Source: a virus
Taxonomy: Duplodnaviria; Caudoviricetes
DNA length: 38,982 nucleotides
Virus record (IMG/VR): IMGVR_UViG_3300048848_000256
Location: 1 to 38,982 of that record
Reading direction: 5' to 3' (one strand)
The translations under genes and the position numbers were made by a program. Below are positions 7,887-17,327 of the stretch, piece after piece. Positions within the stretch are counted from its first letter, which is position 1; each line of letters starts with the position of its first letter. The notes beneath the pieces were generated by a model. That model was given only the letters and a program-made list of their open reading frames with translations, was not told where the DNA came from and did no database searches.

Positions 7887-9814
7887 CCCTGCCCAAAGAA
7901 GGCGTTGTTGTTCACGCCGTCGCTTGCCTCCAGGGCTTGAATAAAATGATAACCTAGAAGCCCATTGTAAGCCCCGCCTGTTGAGGCGTTCAGCTGAGGA
8001 GTTCCTCCACCGCCAACCACGATAGCTACTTTGTCAAATACCGTAGCGCTATCGATGCCAATGCCGGCGCTGAGGTTGCCTGTCGAGGCCGCAGGGTTCA
8101 GCCTCTGGCTGAAGAATGACTCGATACTATCTTCAGCTAGGCCGATTACAAATGAAACCCTATTACTAGCCGAGTTGTTGCTGATGCGAACCGTCGCGCT
8201 GCCGTATAACCAGTTAACGTTGCTGTCAGTCACGGAAGTGCTGACCGCCGTTCGGTTGTACATGTTCCAAACGTTTAGGAATGCCGCACCGCCACCAGAC
8301 GCCGAACTCCCAAATTGCCAGTCGAGTTGAGACGAAGCGTTGCTACGGGTAGAGCCAACGTAGGTGCCCCGAGAAGCCGCTGGCCCGTTGGTGATGGAAA
8401 CGCTGTTGAGCAGCACACCACTGACCATAACCAGCGCAGTACCGGCAGAACGGGCCGTGTCGCTTGTCCAGTCAGGTCCATGTGAGATACGGATCGTGCC
8501 GCCATCATTCCAGACGAACCAGTCATTGACCTTGCTGGCGCCTATCGCTGCCGGGTTTTTAGCCGTGTCGGTTGTGGCGACGGACAGCTCGGGGAAGCTG
8601 GTCATCGTCATGTTCGTGCCATCGTAGATCGGGACTTGGTTCCCGACATATGGCGTGTAGTAGATCGTCGTTTTTGCGGCCTGCGTCGTGGTCATCACAG
8701 GGACGCCTGTCTGCAGCGTCAGGCGCCCTTGCGGTGGGCTAGGAGCTGCGCCGCCACCGCCACCCGATGCAGCCAGCGTGCCGGCCGTGAACGAGAGGCC
8801 AGACCCGATGCCGACAGGCGACCATGCGCTGATGCCGGACCGATAATAGATCGTATTGGTGCCGGTTAGGGCCTCCAGAGCTGCGAGATCATCAGCGAGC
8901 GCCAGCGTCGGATTGCCGGCCACACCGCCGCCATTTGACACGGTGATGCCTGCTGCTGGCGCAGTGATGGTCCGCACTGCGCCAGTTCCGGCGCCAGTAA
9001 CCGCCCACAAGCCTGTTCCGGCATTCGCAGCGAGCGCCGCAAGATCCGCGTCATAAGCCTGCACATCCGTGCCGATAACGACCCCAAGGGTGGTTCGAGC
9101 AGCGGACGAATTGGCATCATCGATCAAAGAGCGGCCAAAGGTCGTCAACGTAGTCAGGGAAGCGGTCCCAGGCCCCGTAAAATACGGCAACTGATCCGCC
9201 GCAGAAACCAATCCAGCAAGCGCGACAAGCTCGGGATCGGTCAGCGCGACCGACATATTACCGGAAACGCCGTCGCCATTCGTGATGGTCATGCCGAAGC
9301 CGGCAACTACCGATCGCTGGACCCATGTATCTGCGCCGCTGCGGACTGCGATGCCTGTAGATGCAAGCCCCTCCACCGCAGCAAGATCGTTGGCGAGCGC
9401 GAAAGTTTCGTTGCCAGCCACACCGCCGGGATTGGTGATGGTGATACCAGCCGCAGGGGCTTGCAGGGTCCGCAGCGCCCATGTGTTATCGGCAGTGCGA
9501 GAAAGAATGCCCGTGCCAGTTAGAGCAGCAATCGCCTGCAAATCGGCATCGAGGCCAGACACTAAAAGCGACGCAAGGCTGACGGTGCGATAGATCCCTG
9601 CTGTCACATCTTCTACAGCGACATAAGCCGTGCTCGGATCGGTGATCGGCCCCGGCGTCAACTTCGTGTAATCAACGCTGAACGTATATGTGCCGTTCTC
9701 ACGCGTGACCGTCAGGAAGTTGTCCGTCAGGACGTTAGCGGGAAAGCGAACAAGCGCCTTCCCCTTAATGACCGACTTGCGGCGAACCTTGAGTTTAATG
9801 GTCGGGATGCTCAA
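7853..9814 (-). CDS. Tail fibre / receptor-binding protein
   Basis: Gly/Ala/Thr-rich, with ~50-aa internal repeats, a [16 protein letters not shown] fibre motif and a beta-rich C-terminal domain. Confidence 0.85.
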   Translation of the reverse strand: MSIPTIKLKVRRKSVIKGKALVRFPANVLTDNFLTVTRENGTYTFSVDYTKLTPGPITDPSTAYVAVEDVTAGIYRTVSLASLLVSGLDADLQAIAALTGTGILSRTADNTWALRTLQAPAAGITITNPGGVAGNETFALANDLAAVEGLASTGIAVRSGADTWVQRSVVAGFGMTITNGDGVSGNMSVALTDPELVALAGLVSAADQLPYFTGPGTASLTTLTTFGRSLIDDANSSAARTTLGVVIGTDVQAYDADLAALAANAGTGLWAVTGAGTGAVRTITAPAAGITVSNGGGVAGNPTLALADDLAALEALTGTNTIYYRSGISAWSPVGIGSGLSFTAGTLAASGGGGGAAPSPPQGRLTLQTGVPVMTTTQAAKTTIYYTPYVGNQVPIYDGTNMTMTSFPELSVATTDTAKNPAAIGASKVNDWFVWNDGGTIRISHGPDWTSDTARSAGTALVMVSGVLLNSVSITNGPAASRGTYVGSTRSNASSQLDWQFGSSASGGGAAFLNVWNMYNRTAVSTSVTDSNVNWLYGSATVRISNNSASNRVSFVIGLAEDSIESFFSQRLNPAASTGNLSAGIGIDSATVFDKVAIVVGGGGTPQLNASTGGAYNGLLGYHFIQALEASDGVNNNAFFGQGYMAFRVSGKF

Positions 9815-10149
9815 GGCTTCGGCCTCCCGGTGCGAACCGCAATGCTGCCCTCAATAAGGTCAAGCGTCTCGCCATTGATCTGCAGATATCCGCCGATGTC
9901 ATATGTGCCGGCGCATAGGTTCGTTTCGCTGTACGGAATCCGCATCGAGACAATGCCCAGACCGTCGATCGAAAGCTTGCCATTGTCCATCGTTGCGGTG
10001 ATCCGCTGGCATCCGTTTTGATCGAAAATACCAATGGAGATGACAGCGCCGGTCAGGTCGATCGGCTCACCCGTCTCTTCGTCATCGATCTCGAACTGGT
10101 AATTCCAGTCGCGGCTGCTGGTTTCGGCGGATGTGAGGGTGATCGACAT
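9811..10149 (-). CDS. Tail fibre adaptor (BppU-N-like Ig fold)
   Basis: [13 protein letters not shown]...GTYD pattern; lies between two fibre genes. Confidence 0.65.
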   Translation of the reverse strand: MSITLTSAETSSRDWNYQFEIDDEETGEPIDLTGAVISIGIFDQNGCQRITATMDNGKLSIDGLGIVSMRIPYSETNLCAGTYDIGGYLQINGETLDLIEGSIAVRTGRPKP

Positions 10150-10157
10150 TCAGATCC

Positions 10158-11195
10158 TCACAGCTTGATGTAGACGGTGACGAGAAGGAATGGCGAGACG
10201 GTATCGAAGGCCACCGCGGTAACGCCGCCGTTTAGCGACGACGTGCTTCCAGACATGGAGTTAGGACCAGCCGAGTTAACGGCACTGGTCGCGATAGGGG
10301 TGTTGATAGTGGCGCCACCACCCTGTGCCGCATATGTCGTAATCCCCTGGACAATGTTGCCGACTAGGGACGTAACGTTGATGGTTCCGGTCGTTGACAC
10401 TGCCAGAGTCAAGTTCGGTAAGTTATTCTGCACCAACGTCTTCGGCGTCCCCACACCCAACCTAGACCCGAGCGTCGTGCTGTTTCCGCTGGTGAAGGTT
10501 GATCCAGCGAATAGACCGGCATCCGAGTTTCCCATGTCTCCGAGGCCGGCTAGAGCGCGGTTCTGAGCAGTCGGCAACGCGATTGTCTTGTTCGCCACCC
10601 AATCTGCATTTGCCGATGCGCCGCGACCGGTAGAGACAGCCAGGTTGGCATCCGTGTTCCAGAGATACTCGAACAGCGCCTGCGTATCGGCGTTGGCGCG
10701 CTCAGTGGCGCCAGAGGTCGCAGAACCGATCGTTCGGCCGTTCAGACGGACAAAGCCCGTCAAGACGCCGGTGCCATAGCGTGACTTCACATCGCCCGTG
10801 GCCATGATGGTCGTCGGATCGACAGTCCCGCCGCCGCCGCCGCCGCCAGATGAGGCGCCAACCACCAGTAGGTTGTCACCGACGAATTGCTGGACACCAG
10901 TAGCGTTTGTTAGACGGACTTTGATCTGGCCGTCAGCAACGAACCACTGAGGCAAGCGCCCCGTCGCATCGCAAACAAGCGGGTTAGGCTGCAGGATTGT
11001 AAGAGCGGAATCCTGGTAGCTGTTCTGCGGCGTCTGCGTTGTGCCCGCCTGGATGACGTACAGTTTACAGCCGGGCATGACCTTGCCGAGACTGTCGAAC
11101 TGCGGCGTCAGGGAGAAGCCCGGAACTGTACCGGCGGCATTGGCAGGGCCAAGCAGAGACGCTAGAATCCCTGCCCAGATGAAAAATCGCTTCAT
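10158..11195 (-). CDS. Tail fibre with podovirus head-binding-like domain and collar-like region, preceded by a signal peptide
   Basis: GCKLYVIQAGTTQTP...NPLVCDATGR (virion-attachment domain), TGDVK...GFVRLNGRTIG (collar-like), C-terminal PFLLVTVYIKL. Confidence 0.8.
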   Translation of the reverse strand: MKRFFIWAGILASLLGPANAAGTVPGFSLTPQFDSLGKVMPGCKLYVIQAGTTQTPQNSYQDSALTILQPNPLVCDATGRLPQWFVADGQIKVRLTNATGVQQFVGDNLLVVGASSGGGGGGGTVDPTTIMATGDVKSRYGTGVLTGFVRLNGRTIGSATSGATERANADTQALFEYLWNTDANLAVSTGRGASANADWVANKTIALPTAQNRALAGLGDMGNSDAGLFAGSTFTSGNSTTLGSRLGVGTPKTLVQNNLPNLTLAVSTTGTINVTSLVGNIVQGITTYAAQGGGATINTPIATSAVNSAGPNSMSGSTSSLNGGVTAVAFDTVSPFLLVTVYIKL

Positions 11196-11210
11196 GTTGT
11201 ATGCCCCAAT

Positions 11211-11235
11211 AAAAAAGCCGCCCTTTCGGACGGCT
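11211..11235 (-). terminator. Intrinsic terminator after the ejection genes
   Basis: Minus strand AGCCGTCC-GAAA-GGGCGGCT followed by TTTTT. Confidence 0.8.
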
Positions 11236-11286
11236 CTGCTGGTCTATTGCGTGGTGGTGTGGCTCTGCGCCTATTTCCCGCTGAAC

Positions 11287-12711
11287 CTAATTCTGCTCGT
11301 CTTCGGCGCGTCCTACGCCTCCAAGCTGAAGGCCGCCCATCAGATCCGAAGTGGAAATGTTGAGGCCTGAATCCTTCAGATTCGTCGCAAAGTTCCGGGC
11401 AGCAAGGGCTACGGCAGCGACACTCTTAGGCGTACGACCAGCCGCAAGCTCAGCTGCCTTTTCTTCGAATTTTTGAAGCGAGCTTGCCAACGGCGCACGA
11501 GAACGGATTGCTTCGGAGAGCTTGTCCGCTTGTTTAAGGGTCATCTTGTTGCTGATGGCCTTCAGAAAAAACCCGCCGACCGGGGCAAGAGCACCTACAG
11601 GCCCAGCCGCTACGCTACCAGCAAAACCAGCCGCAACACTGCCCAAGCCGCCGCCGCCGCCTAACACATTTCCTGCAGATCGCATGGCATTTTGAGCCGG
11701 AGAACCACGCACGATCCGCTCCATCATGCCAAGTTCAGTCGGCGTAAAGCCGCGCTGCTCTTTCGGCTTGATCAGGATATCGGCCATTCGCTGCCGCACT
11801 GTATTAGCGACATTCTGGCCCGAGTTGGCAGCAGCAGCCCTCAATTCGGCTTGGATCGTCTTATTATCGATCGTCTCGGCATGCTTGGCAGCGGAGTAAT
11901 TTCCCCGCGCCATCTCCAGCGTCTTTGCTGCGGCGCCGATGTCACCAGCAATCACATCATCCTTGGCGACATTCGGAAGGAAGTTATCCAAGGACTCCAT
12001 GACGGTTTTGGCCGCCATGCGCTCTGTCGGATCAGGAGAGGACGCGGCGTTGGCAAAGATTCGGCGAATGCTGTTGATGTTCTTGCCGGTCACGAACGAC
12101 TCTTCAGGCACCTTTTGCAGGTTCTGAAGAATGCCGAACGTCTTGGGCGCGAGATTTGCGTCTATCCCGGCTTCGTTAAGTGCAACCTCAGTCGTCTTGC
12201 CGAAATTGCTGATCGCAGGGGATTTGATCGATAGGCCTTCAACCTCTGGGCTCTTATATCCGGCAGATGCCGCGGCCTTCAGTTCCTCGATAGTCGGGGT
12301 TTTCCGGGGCGCAGCCGCCTGCTCGACAGCAACCATAGGTGCCGCACGGTTGGCAACGCTTGTCGGCGTAGCGACGCCGGCAAGGTCAAACGATCGGTTG
12401 ATGACCTCTGGATTGGTCCGGCCGTCCTCGCCAGTCATCGAAACATTGCCTTGAGCAACGTCACCAGGCAGTGTAACGGCGCTGTAGATCGATTTAGCGA
12501 GTTTCGCTGGCCAAGTATCGCCAAGCCCAAAAGATTTCTCAGCAGGCTTTACAGCCCTGAATGCGGCCTCGTCTCCGAGAGCGGAAAAGCGATCATCGAA
12601 GGTTGCACCATCTTGGGCCTTGGGGATCAGGTCGTCGAATGCCAAAGCAGCCTTTGGTGCGGTCGGTGCTGCTTGTGCCGTTGGCGCTTTCGGGATCAGA
12701 TCCTCAAACAT
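11287..12711 (-). CDS. Probable ejection (internal virion) protein
   Basis: Ala-rich and helical, FEDLIPK/FDDLIPK N-terminal repeat, Gly-rich hydrophobic segment; third of three coupled genes after the tail genes. Confidence 0.7.
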   Translation of the reverse strand: MFEDLIPKAPTAQAAPTAPKAALAFDDLIPKAQDGATFDDRFSALGDEAAFRAVKPAEKSFGLGDTWPAKLAKSIYSAVTLPGDVAQGNVSMTGEDGRTNPEVINRSFDLAGVATPTSVANRAAPMVAVEQAAAPRKTPTIEELKAAASAGYKSPEVEGLSIKSPAISNFGKTTEVALNEAGIDANLAPKTFGILQNLQKVPEESFVTGKNINSIRRIFANAASSPDPTERMAAKTVMESLDNFLPNVAKDDVIAGDIGAAAKTLEMARGNYSAAKHAETIDNKTIQAELRAAAANSGQNVANTVRQRMADILIKPKEQRGFTPTELGMMERIVRGSPAQNAMRSAGNVLGGGGGLGSVAAGFAGSVAAGPVGALAPVGGFFLKAISNKMTLKQADKLSEAIRSRAPLASSLQKFEEKAAELAAGRTPKSVAAVALAARNFATNLKDSGLNISTSDLMGGLQLGGVGRAEDEQN

Positions 12712-13856
12712 CAGAGCCCGCTTCCATCAACGCCGGCTTCCATCAGCCGCTTCATCACGGCCTCACGAGGGGCTCCACGGGCAATAGCATCGCGGGCCTG
12801 CTGGAGAATGGCATCACCACCATTGCCCTGTGACGGTTGGGATGACGCGCGCGGAGCGCCAGCGCCATCGATCTTAACGCCATAAGCAGATGAAATGGCC
12901 TCGGGGCTATATCCTGCCGAGATCATCGCATTGGCTTTGCGCTTCAATCCGTTCTCGGCAATCGCCTTCTGAGTAGCCAGGTTCTTCTTTATCTGCGCAG
13001 GGTCCATACGGGGGGAGATATCGGCCTGCTCAAATGCAGCCTTCTCAGGCGCCGTGAGGGCCGAGCCGAACAGTTCGTTACGGACGACGTTCTTGTAACG
13101 ATCATAACCCTGCCACCAGCTCGCGCCCTCTGCGACAGTTTTGCCAACAACCGCTTCAGGAAGGTTTCGCCCGGCGATATTCGCGGTGTCGCCAAGGATA
13201 GTGCGGCCGGCAAACTCAGGCTTGAAAGTCTCCCCAAACGTATTGAGATTGGCAAACTTCCCGCCCTCTTCCGAGAGCTTAGTAATGTCGCCAATGGACA
13301 TCTGACGTGGCTTCTGATTCGCCTCATTGATTCGCTTGATATAGTCGGGATCCGCCGGCCCACCCGGCAGCGGGACAAGGCTAGCCCCGTCAGGACCGGG
13401 CTGGAAACCAGACGGCGCGGCGCGCCCGGCCGGTAGTTCGCCGGTGAGGACAAAGGCCTTAAATTCGGGGGTGCCGCGCTGAATACCGAACTGCTCTGCT
13501 GCTGCGGCCCGTGCGGATGCTTTTTCAAGCGGGCCTTCGTCGGCGCGATTTGCAGCTCTGGCCTGCAGCCCAAACGAACGATCGGCATTACGTTGCGCCC
13601 GCGCCGATTCCTCGCGCTGAAACGCATCCTGCCGCGCCTGTCGCTCATTGTCCGTCTGGCGGTTCTGAATGCCAATGCCAAGTTGCGCCAACGACATGTC
13701 GCCAGACTTGAGCAGCGCCTGCGCATCAACCGCGCCGCCCTGACCCAATCCCGCCAAGGTCTGCTTACGCAGATCCTCTGCCTGCGCCTGCCGATAAACC
13801 TGCGGCAGGCTTCCGAGTGCAGAAAAATCGATCTGAGGAACAAGAAGTTCAGCCAT
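12711..13856 (-). CDS. Probable ejection (internal virion) protein
   Basis: Q/A/R-rich helical protein, synteny. Confidence 0.7.
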   Translation of the reverse strand: MAELLVPQIDFSALGSLPQVYRQAQAEDLRKQTLAGLGQGGAVDAQALLKSGDMSLAQLGIGIQNRQTDNERQARQDAFQREESARAQRNADRSFGLQARAANRADEGPLEKASARAAAAEQFGIQRGTPEFKAFVLTGELPAGRAAPSGFQPGPDGASLVPLPGGPADPDYIKRINEANQKPRQMSIGDITKLSEEGGKFANLNTFGETFKPEFAGRTILGDTANIAGRNLPEAVVGKTVAEGASWWQGYDRYKNVVRNELFGSALTAPEKAAFEQADISPRMDPAQIKKNLATQKAIAENGLKRKANAMISAGYSPEAISSAYGVKIDGAGAPRASSQPSQGNGGDAILQQARDAIARGAPREAVMKRLMEAGVDGSGL

Positions 13857-13859
13857 CGA

Positions 13860-14621
13860 TCAGCGCCCCGTCATGCCGGCAATGGGGTTGAAGCGGCCGC
13901 CGTTGTTCATCATGTTTGTGCCCATCGACCCGAGATCGCCAAGCAACGACGTGCCGCCGGTTGCAAAGGCCTTTGCAGCGTTCAGGCCCAGATTCCACAG
14001 GTTGCCAGAACCTTGCATCACCGCGTTCGCTTCCTGGGTATTTTGCCCTGCGACACCGTTTGTTGTCGTCGTCCCGAGCCCTGCAATTTTGCCGGCGGTG
14101 TCCTGGTAAACACCGGCCTTGGCCATGTCGGTGCCAGCAGCCCCGCTCGCGGCACCAGCGGTCGCTGATAGCTCCGGTGAAATGTATCCGCCAAGCCGGT
14201 CAAGCCACGATCCATATTCCTGATTGGCCATATTGCCGGCGCGATCACTGATAGCCGCTACCGTGTTTCCGCCGTTCAGGAGTCCGAGAGCATTCGCCTT
14301 GCGGGCCACAGCGTCGGTCGATTGATCGACAGCGTACTGATAACCAGGGCCGGCTTGGAAAGCATTGACAGCCCGAGTGTTCCCATCGGCGCCATTGACG
14401 CCAAGTGCGTCGAGCTGCAGCGACGTTGCGCCGCCGTACTTGCCTGCCAGAGACTTCAAAGGATCGTAAGCCGCAGACGCGTCGTCAAGCGCGCCTAGGG
14501 CGCTCGTCTGCCCACCAGTAAGCGTGTTCGTGCCTGTAGTCTGGTTAGCAAGAAGAAGCTTGCGGTTTTCTTCTGCTGCTTTCTTCGCACTGTCGCCGGT
14601 GAAAACGTCAAAAAGGCCCAT
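13860..14621 (-). CDS. Probable DNA-transfer/pilot protein (P22 gp7 position)
   Basis: G/A/N-rich with a FQAGPGYQY motif, synteny. Confidence 0.75.
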   Translation of the reverse strand: MGLFDVFTGDSAKKAAEENRKLLLANQTTGTNTLTGGQTSALGALDDASAAYDPLKSLAGKYGGATSLQLDALGVNGADGNTRAVNAFQAGPGYQYAVDQSTDAVARKANALGLLNGGNTVAAISDRAGNMANQEYGSWLDRLGGYISPELSATAGAASGAAGTDMAKAGVYQDTAGKIAGLGTTTTNGVAGQNTQEANAVMQGSGNLWNLGLNAAKAFATGGTSLLGDLGSMGTNMMNNGGRFNPIAGMTGR

Positions 14622-14815
14622 CAGTTGCTTCCCGGTGTCCAGAGTTTCGTCGTCGAATTAAAAATCATGACTTGGCCGTTCGTCGGCGAAACCGTCGAAA
14701 CTTTGTCGCGCAACCCGTTGTCACTAAGGTTCTGCACCAGCTCGTAGAAATAGCGTGTCGGCTTTCCGGTCTGCGTTTCGATCCACTGATATTCGGATTC
14801 GACAGACTTTTTCAC
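14621..14815 (-). CDS. Small tail protein (needle/plug position)
   Basis: 64 aa, IETQTGKPTRYFY; coupled to both neighbours. Confidence 0.6.
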   Translation of the reverse strand: MKKSVESEYQWIETQTGKPTRYFYELVQNLSDNGLRDKVSTVSPTNGQVMIFNSTTKLWTPGSN

Positions 14816-14979
14816 GGGCGATCCCCGCGGAAAGTCGCGATGGCTTCAAGTGCCACTCGCATGCGATCAATGACATCGGCCTTTGTCGCTGAATGACGAT
14901 CGATTGTCTCGTCATCCCAGCCGCGCGCGCGCAGATAGGCCGTTGCGGCAATCTCTATTTCTGTGTCGCTGAACATCAT
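14812..14979 (-). CDS. 55-aa hypothetical protein within the tail operon (not in ORF track)
   Basis: MMFSDTEIEIAATAYLRARGWDDETIDRHSATKADVIDRMRVALEAIATFRGDRP; ATGA and GTGA overlaps at both ends. Confidence 0.6.
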   Translation of the reverse strand: MMFSDTEIEIAATAYLRARGWDDETIDRHSATKADVIDRMRVALEAIATFRGDRP

Positions 14980-16382
14980 GCAGCTCGCGGTTCGCCGGTC
15001 ATTTCGCCACCAAGTAGACCAAAATGAACAGGATCAGACATACGAATTTTCCAGATGTAACCTTGGCGGCCCGCCGCTTTGATTTGGTTGATGCGGATAC
15101 GGGTTTTGCCGATCGCCTGCCGACCGAGCCGTCGCAACCGTGGCTGCGTAAATGTCTGGCCACCATCGACAGAATACGAAATTTCAACGCTGGGATCGGT
15201 CGCGATCGGATCTTCTCCAGTCGCGCTACCGACTCCGACAGCAAAGTCGAAGAACGCAGAGATTCCTCGCGAGCGCTGCGGGAAATCCTTAACCGCCTTG
15301 CTCCAAACCTCACAGATAAGCGGATTCCCGATTTCCTTATGTGACGCGCTGGTGATCTGCTGAACATTTCCGCTCAGCATGTCGCCGCATAGCCACTTGG
15401 AAAACGAATAATAGGACTGCGTAATACGGCTGCGGCTCTGAAGGTAGCTCGGCCGCTCGTGCCATTTCTGATTGTTGATGTTGAACGTCCACGTCCAAGC
15501 AGGACATGAAATCTGAATGAACGAATGACCGCGCGAGATATAGGAACACATCTCTAGCGTGGTCTTGTCGGTTATCGCCTCGATCAAGCCGTCAAGGTCG
15601 GGCGGCGAAATTTTGGTCAGCGAAATCCCGTCAACCGCGTAGACACAGTTGTCGTCGCCGATAATGTGAATACCCTTCGAAAAACTATCTTCGAATCCTG
15701 AGATACAATAAGGCCCGGCAATGCCGCGGGGAATGACATCCGACTTAGAAAACGGGAAAGGCGAGAGCCCTTGATCTGTCCAAATTTCTATCGTTTGGGT
15801 CCCGCACAGATACAGACGGTTAGACCATTCAATGGCCCGCAACAAGCCATCAGGCTTTGCCTGCGCGGTGCCAAACGATAGTGGGTTGACCGCCGTTGAA
15901 TTAAGGTCTGTCGCCCACGCCTGCCCGGAGCCCGTCGTGAACACCCCGTATCCATTGACAGAGCATGTCGAGTTGACAGCGGGGAGATCAGCGTCAGGCC
16001 ACGCATTTGTCACCGTAGAGGTGGTGAACACTGCAATATTTCCGTCAGGATCGACAAACCATCTATCAGGGTTGCTTGCGTTGTTGCGAGCGAAGAAACC
16101 TTTTTTCGTTCCGTTCAGCGCACCAATATCCGTCGCAGCCCCGCCAGCGGAAGAAAACCGAACAAGGCGACTTTCAAATGCGGCATAGAGATTCCCCTGC
16201 AACTCCATCATTCCGCGGAAATTAGCCCGGATAGTCGTTCCGAAGTTCAGCAATCCTGGCGATCGATGACGCACCGATGTCCCATCACCCCGCGGCTCTG
16301 CATAACACCCGTACAGCCGCCCCGCCCCTTCCGATGGTCTCAAGCCTGGGAAGTGAGAAAGAGGGAAATCGATGACGGCCAT
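14976..16382 (-). CDS. Tail nozzle / DNA stabilisation protein (P22 gp10-like)
   Basis: 468 aa, beta-rich; RSPGL, YSVDGGQTF and IRMSDPV motifs. Confidence 0.85.
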   Translation of the reverse strand: MAVIDFPLSHFPGLRPSEGAGRLYGCYAEPRGDGTSVRHRSPGLLNFGTTIRANFRGMMELQGNLYAAFESRLVRFSSAGGAATDIGALNGTKKGFFARNNASNPDRWFVDPDGNIAVFTTSTVTNAWPDADLPAVNSTCSVNGYGVFTTGSGQAWATDLNSTAVNPLSFGTAQAKPDGLLRAIEWSNRLYLCGTQTIEIWTDQGLSPFPFSKSDVIPRGIAGPYCISGFEDSFSKGIHIIGDDNCVYAVDGISLTKISPPDLDGLIEAITDKTTLEMCSYISRGHSFIQISCPAWTWTFNINNQKWHERPSYLQSRSRITQSYYSFSKWLCGDMLSGNVQQITSASHKEIGNPLICEVWSKAVKDFPQRSRGISAFFDFAVGVGSATGEDPIATDPSVEISYSVDGGQTFTQPRLRRLGRQAIGKTRIRINQIKAAGRQGYIWKIRMSDPVHFGLLGGEMTGEPRAA

Positions 16383-16729
16383 TAGAAGTACGAGACTTTC
16401 AGCGTCTCGGCCGGCGGCTTTTGCGCTGCCAGACGGCGCAGTATCTTCTCGTCGCGCTGACGTGCCTCCTCATTCAAAGGAGAGCCAAAATCCGGTCCGC
16501 ATGCGTTTGCGAGAAGTCGAGCGAGCGGCTCATAATATTCGAGTTCGACAGCCTCGGGGTCTTGGATTAGGACGATCCCATCAGAAGCCAACTGAGCAAT
16601 CAAAGGATCGACCATATCGTCAACGGTCGTGTAATCCTCGATCGCAGGCGCTTCGCCGGATTCGATGATTGCCAAGCTCTTGAGAGCGCGGTTAATCAAC
16701 TGCTCACGTGTTTTGACGGTATCGGCCAT
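16382..16729 (-). CDS. Head-tail adaptor (P22 gp4-like)
   Basis: TREQLINRALKSLAIIESGEAP N-terminal motif, synteny. Confidence 0.8.
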   Translation of the reverse strand: MADTVKTREQLINRALKSLAIIESGEAPAIEDYTTVDDMVDPLIAQLASDGIVLIQDPEAVELEYYEPLARLLANACGPDFGSPLNEEARQRDEKILRRLAAQKPPAETLKVSYF

Positions 16730-16740
16730 GCCTGCCCCTT

Positions 16741-16772
16741 AAAAAGGCACGGCCACCCCGAAGGATGGCCGC
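16741..16772 (-). terminator. Intrinsic terminator after the capsid-associated gene
   Basis: Minus strand GCGGCCATCC-TTCG-GGGTGGCCGT then GCCTTTTT. Confidence 0.7.
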
Positions 16773-16778
16773 TAGTCT

Positions 16779-17261
16779 TCAGGGAGTGGTGTAGTAGACG
16801 CGCAGCGTCAGCGTGCCGGCAGCGAACGTGGCAGCCGGCGCAACACACGTAATGACGATCATCGTCTCGGCGCTGAAACGCAGCGGCGGATCGGTGATCA
16901 GGACGCCACCAAGCGGATAGTTGTACCCGCCTTCAGCCTTGACGCCGGCAACGGTGTCGGTGCCCATCACGCCAAGATTGCCGAAGCCGTCCGGGTCAGC
17001 CACTTCGACACCATTGGCGAGCCAGCCGATATCGAGATCCAGCGTTTCGGTCGCGTTGGTGTCGAGATCGTCCGACGTAATGAGGCCGCCATGAACAATG
17101 GCGCCGGCTGGCAGCTTGAGCATCTGGTAGATGTCAGCCGCGACCGGATTAGCCGTGACTTCGATCGTACCCCATGCGCAACACAGCACGCCGCTGCCAT
17201 GGGGAGGGGAAAAGACAGGGAAAGATGCAGCCGCACGGGCCGCTGTAAACGTGGCCATCAT
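16779..17261 (-). CDS. Capsid decoration/cement-like protein
   Basis: Beta-rich, LPAGAIV...LDIG...AGTLTLRVYY; AAGGAGG RBS; follows the major capsid gene. Confidence 0.7.
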   Translation of the reverse strand: MMATFTAARAAASFPVFSPPHGSGVLCCAWGTIEVTANPVAADIYQMLKLPAGAIVHGGLITSDDLDTNATETLDLDIGWLANGVEVADPDGFGNLGVMGTDTVAGVKAEGGYNYPLGGVLITDPPLRFSAETMIVITCVAPAATFAAGTLTLRVYYTTP

Positions 17262-17286
17262 GGCCTCCTTTTGAATGTCAGGAACG

Positions 17287-17311
17287 AAAAAGGGAGGCCC
17301 GAAGACCTCCC
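17287..17311 (-). terminator. Intrinsic terminator after the major capsid gene
   Basis: Minus strand GGGAGGTC-TTCG-GGCCTCCC-TTTTT. Confidence 0.85.
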
Positions 17312-17327
17312 AATGTCTCAATGATGG

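Noticed and set aside
7853-8400. Diversity-generating retroelement or invertible tail-fibre tip
   Set aside because: No reverse transcriptase, template repeat, invertase or flanking inverted repeats were seen.
12989-13843. 284-aa alternative-frame ORF and similar long shadow ORFs (11692..12234, 20122..20733, 22321..22923)
   Set aside because: They overlap well-supported genes, are Arg/Ser/Pro- or His/Leu-rich without motifs, and are expected in GC-rich DNA.
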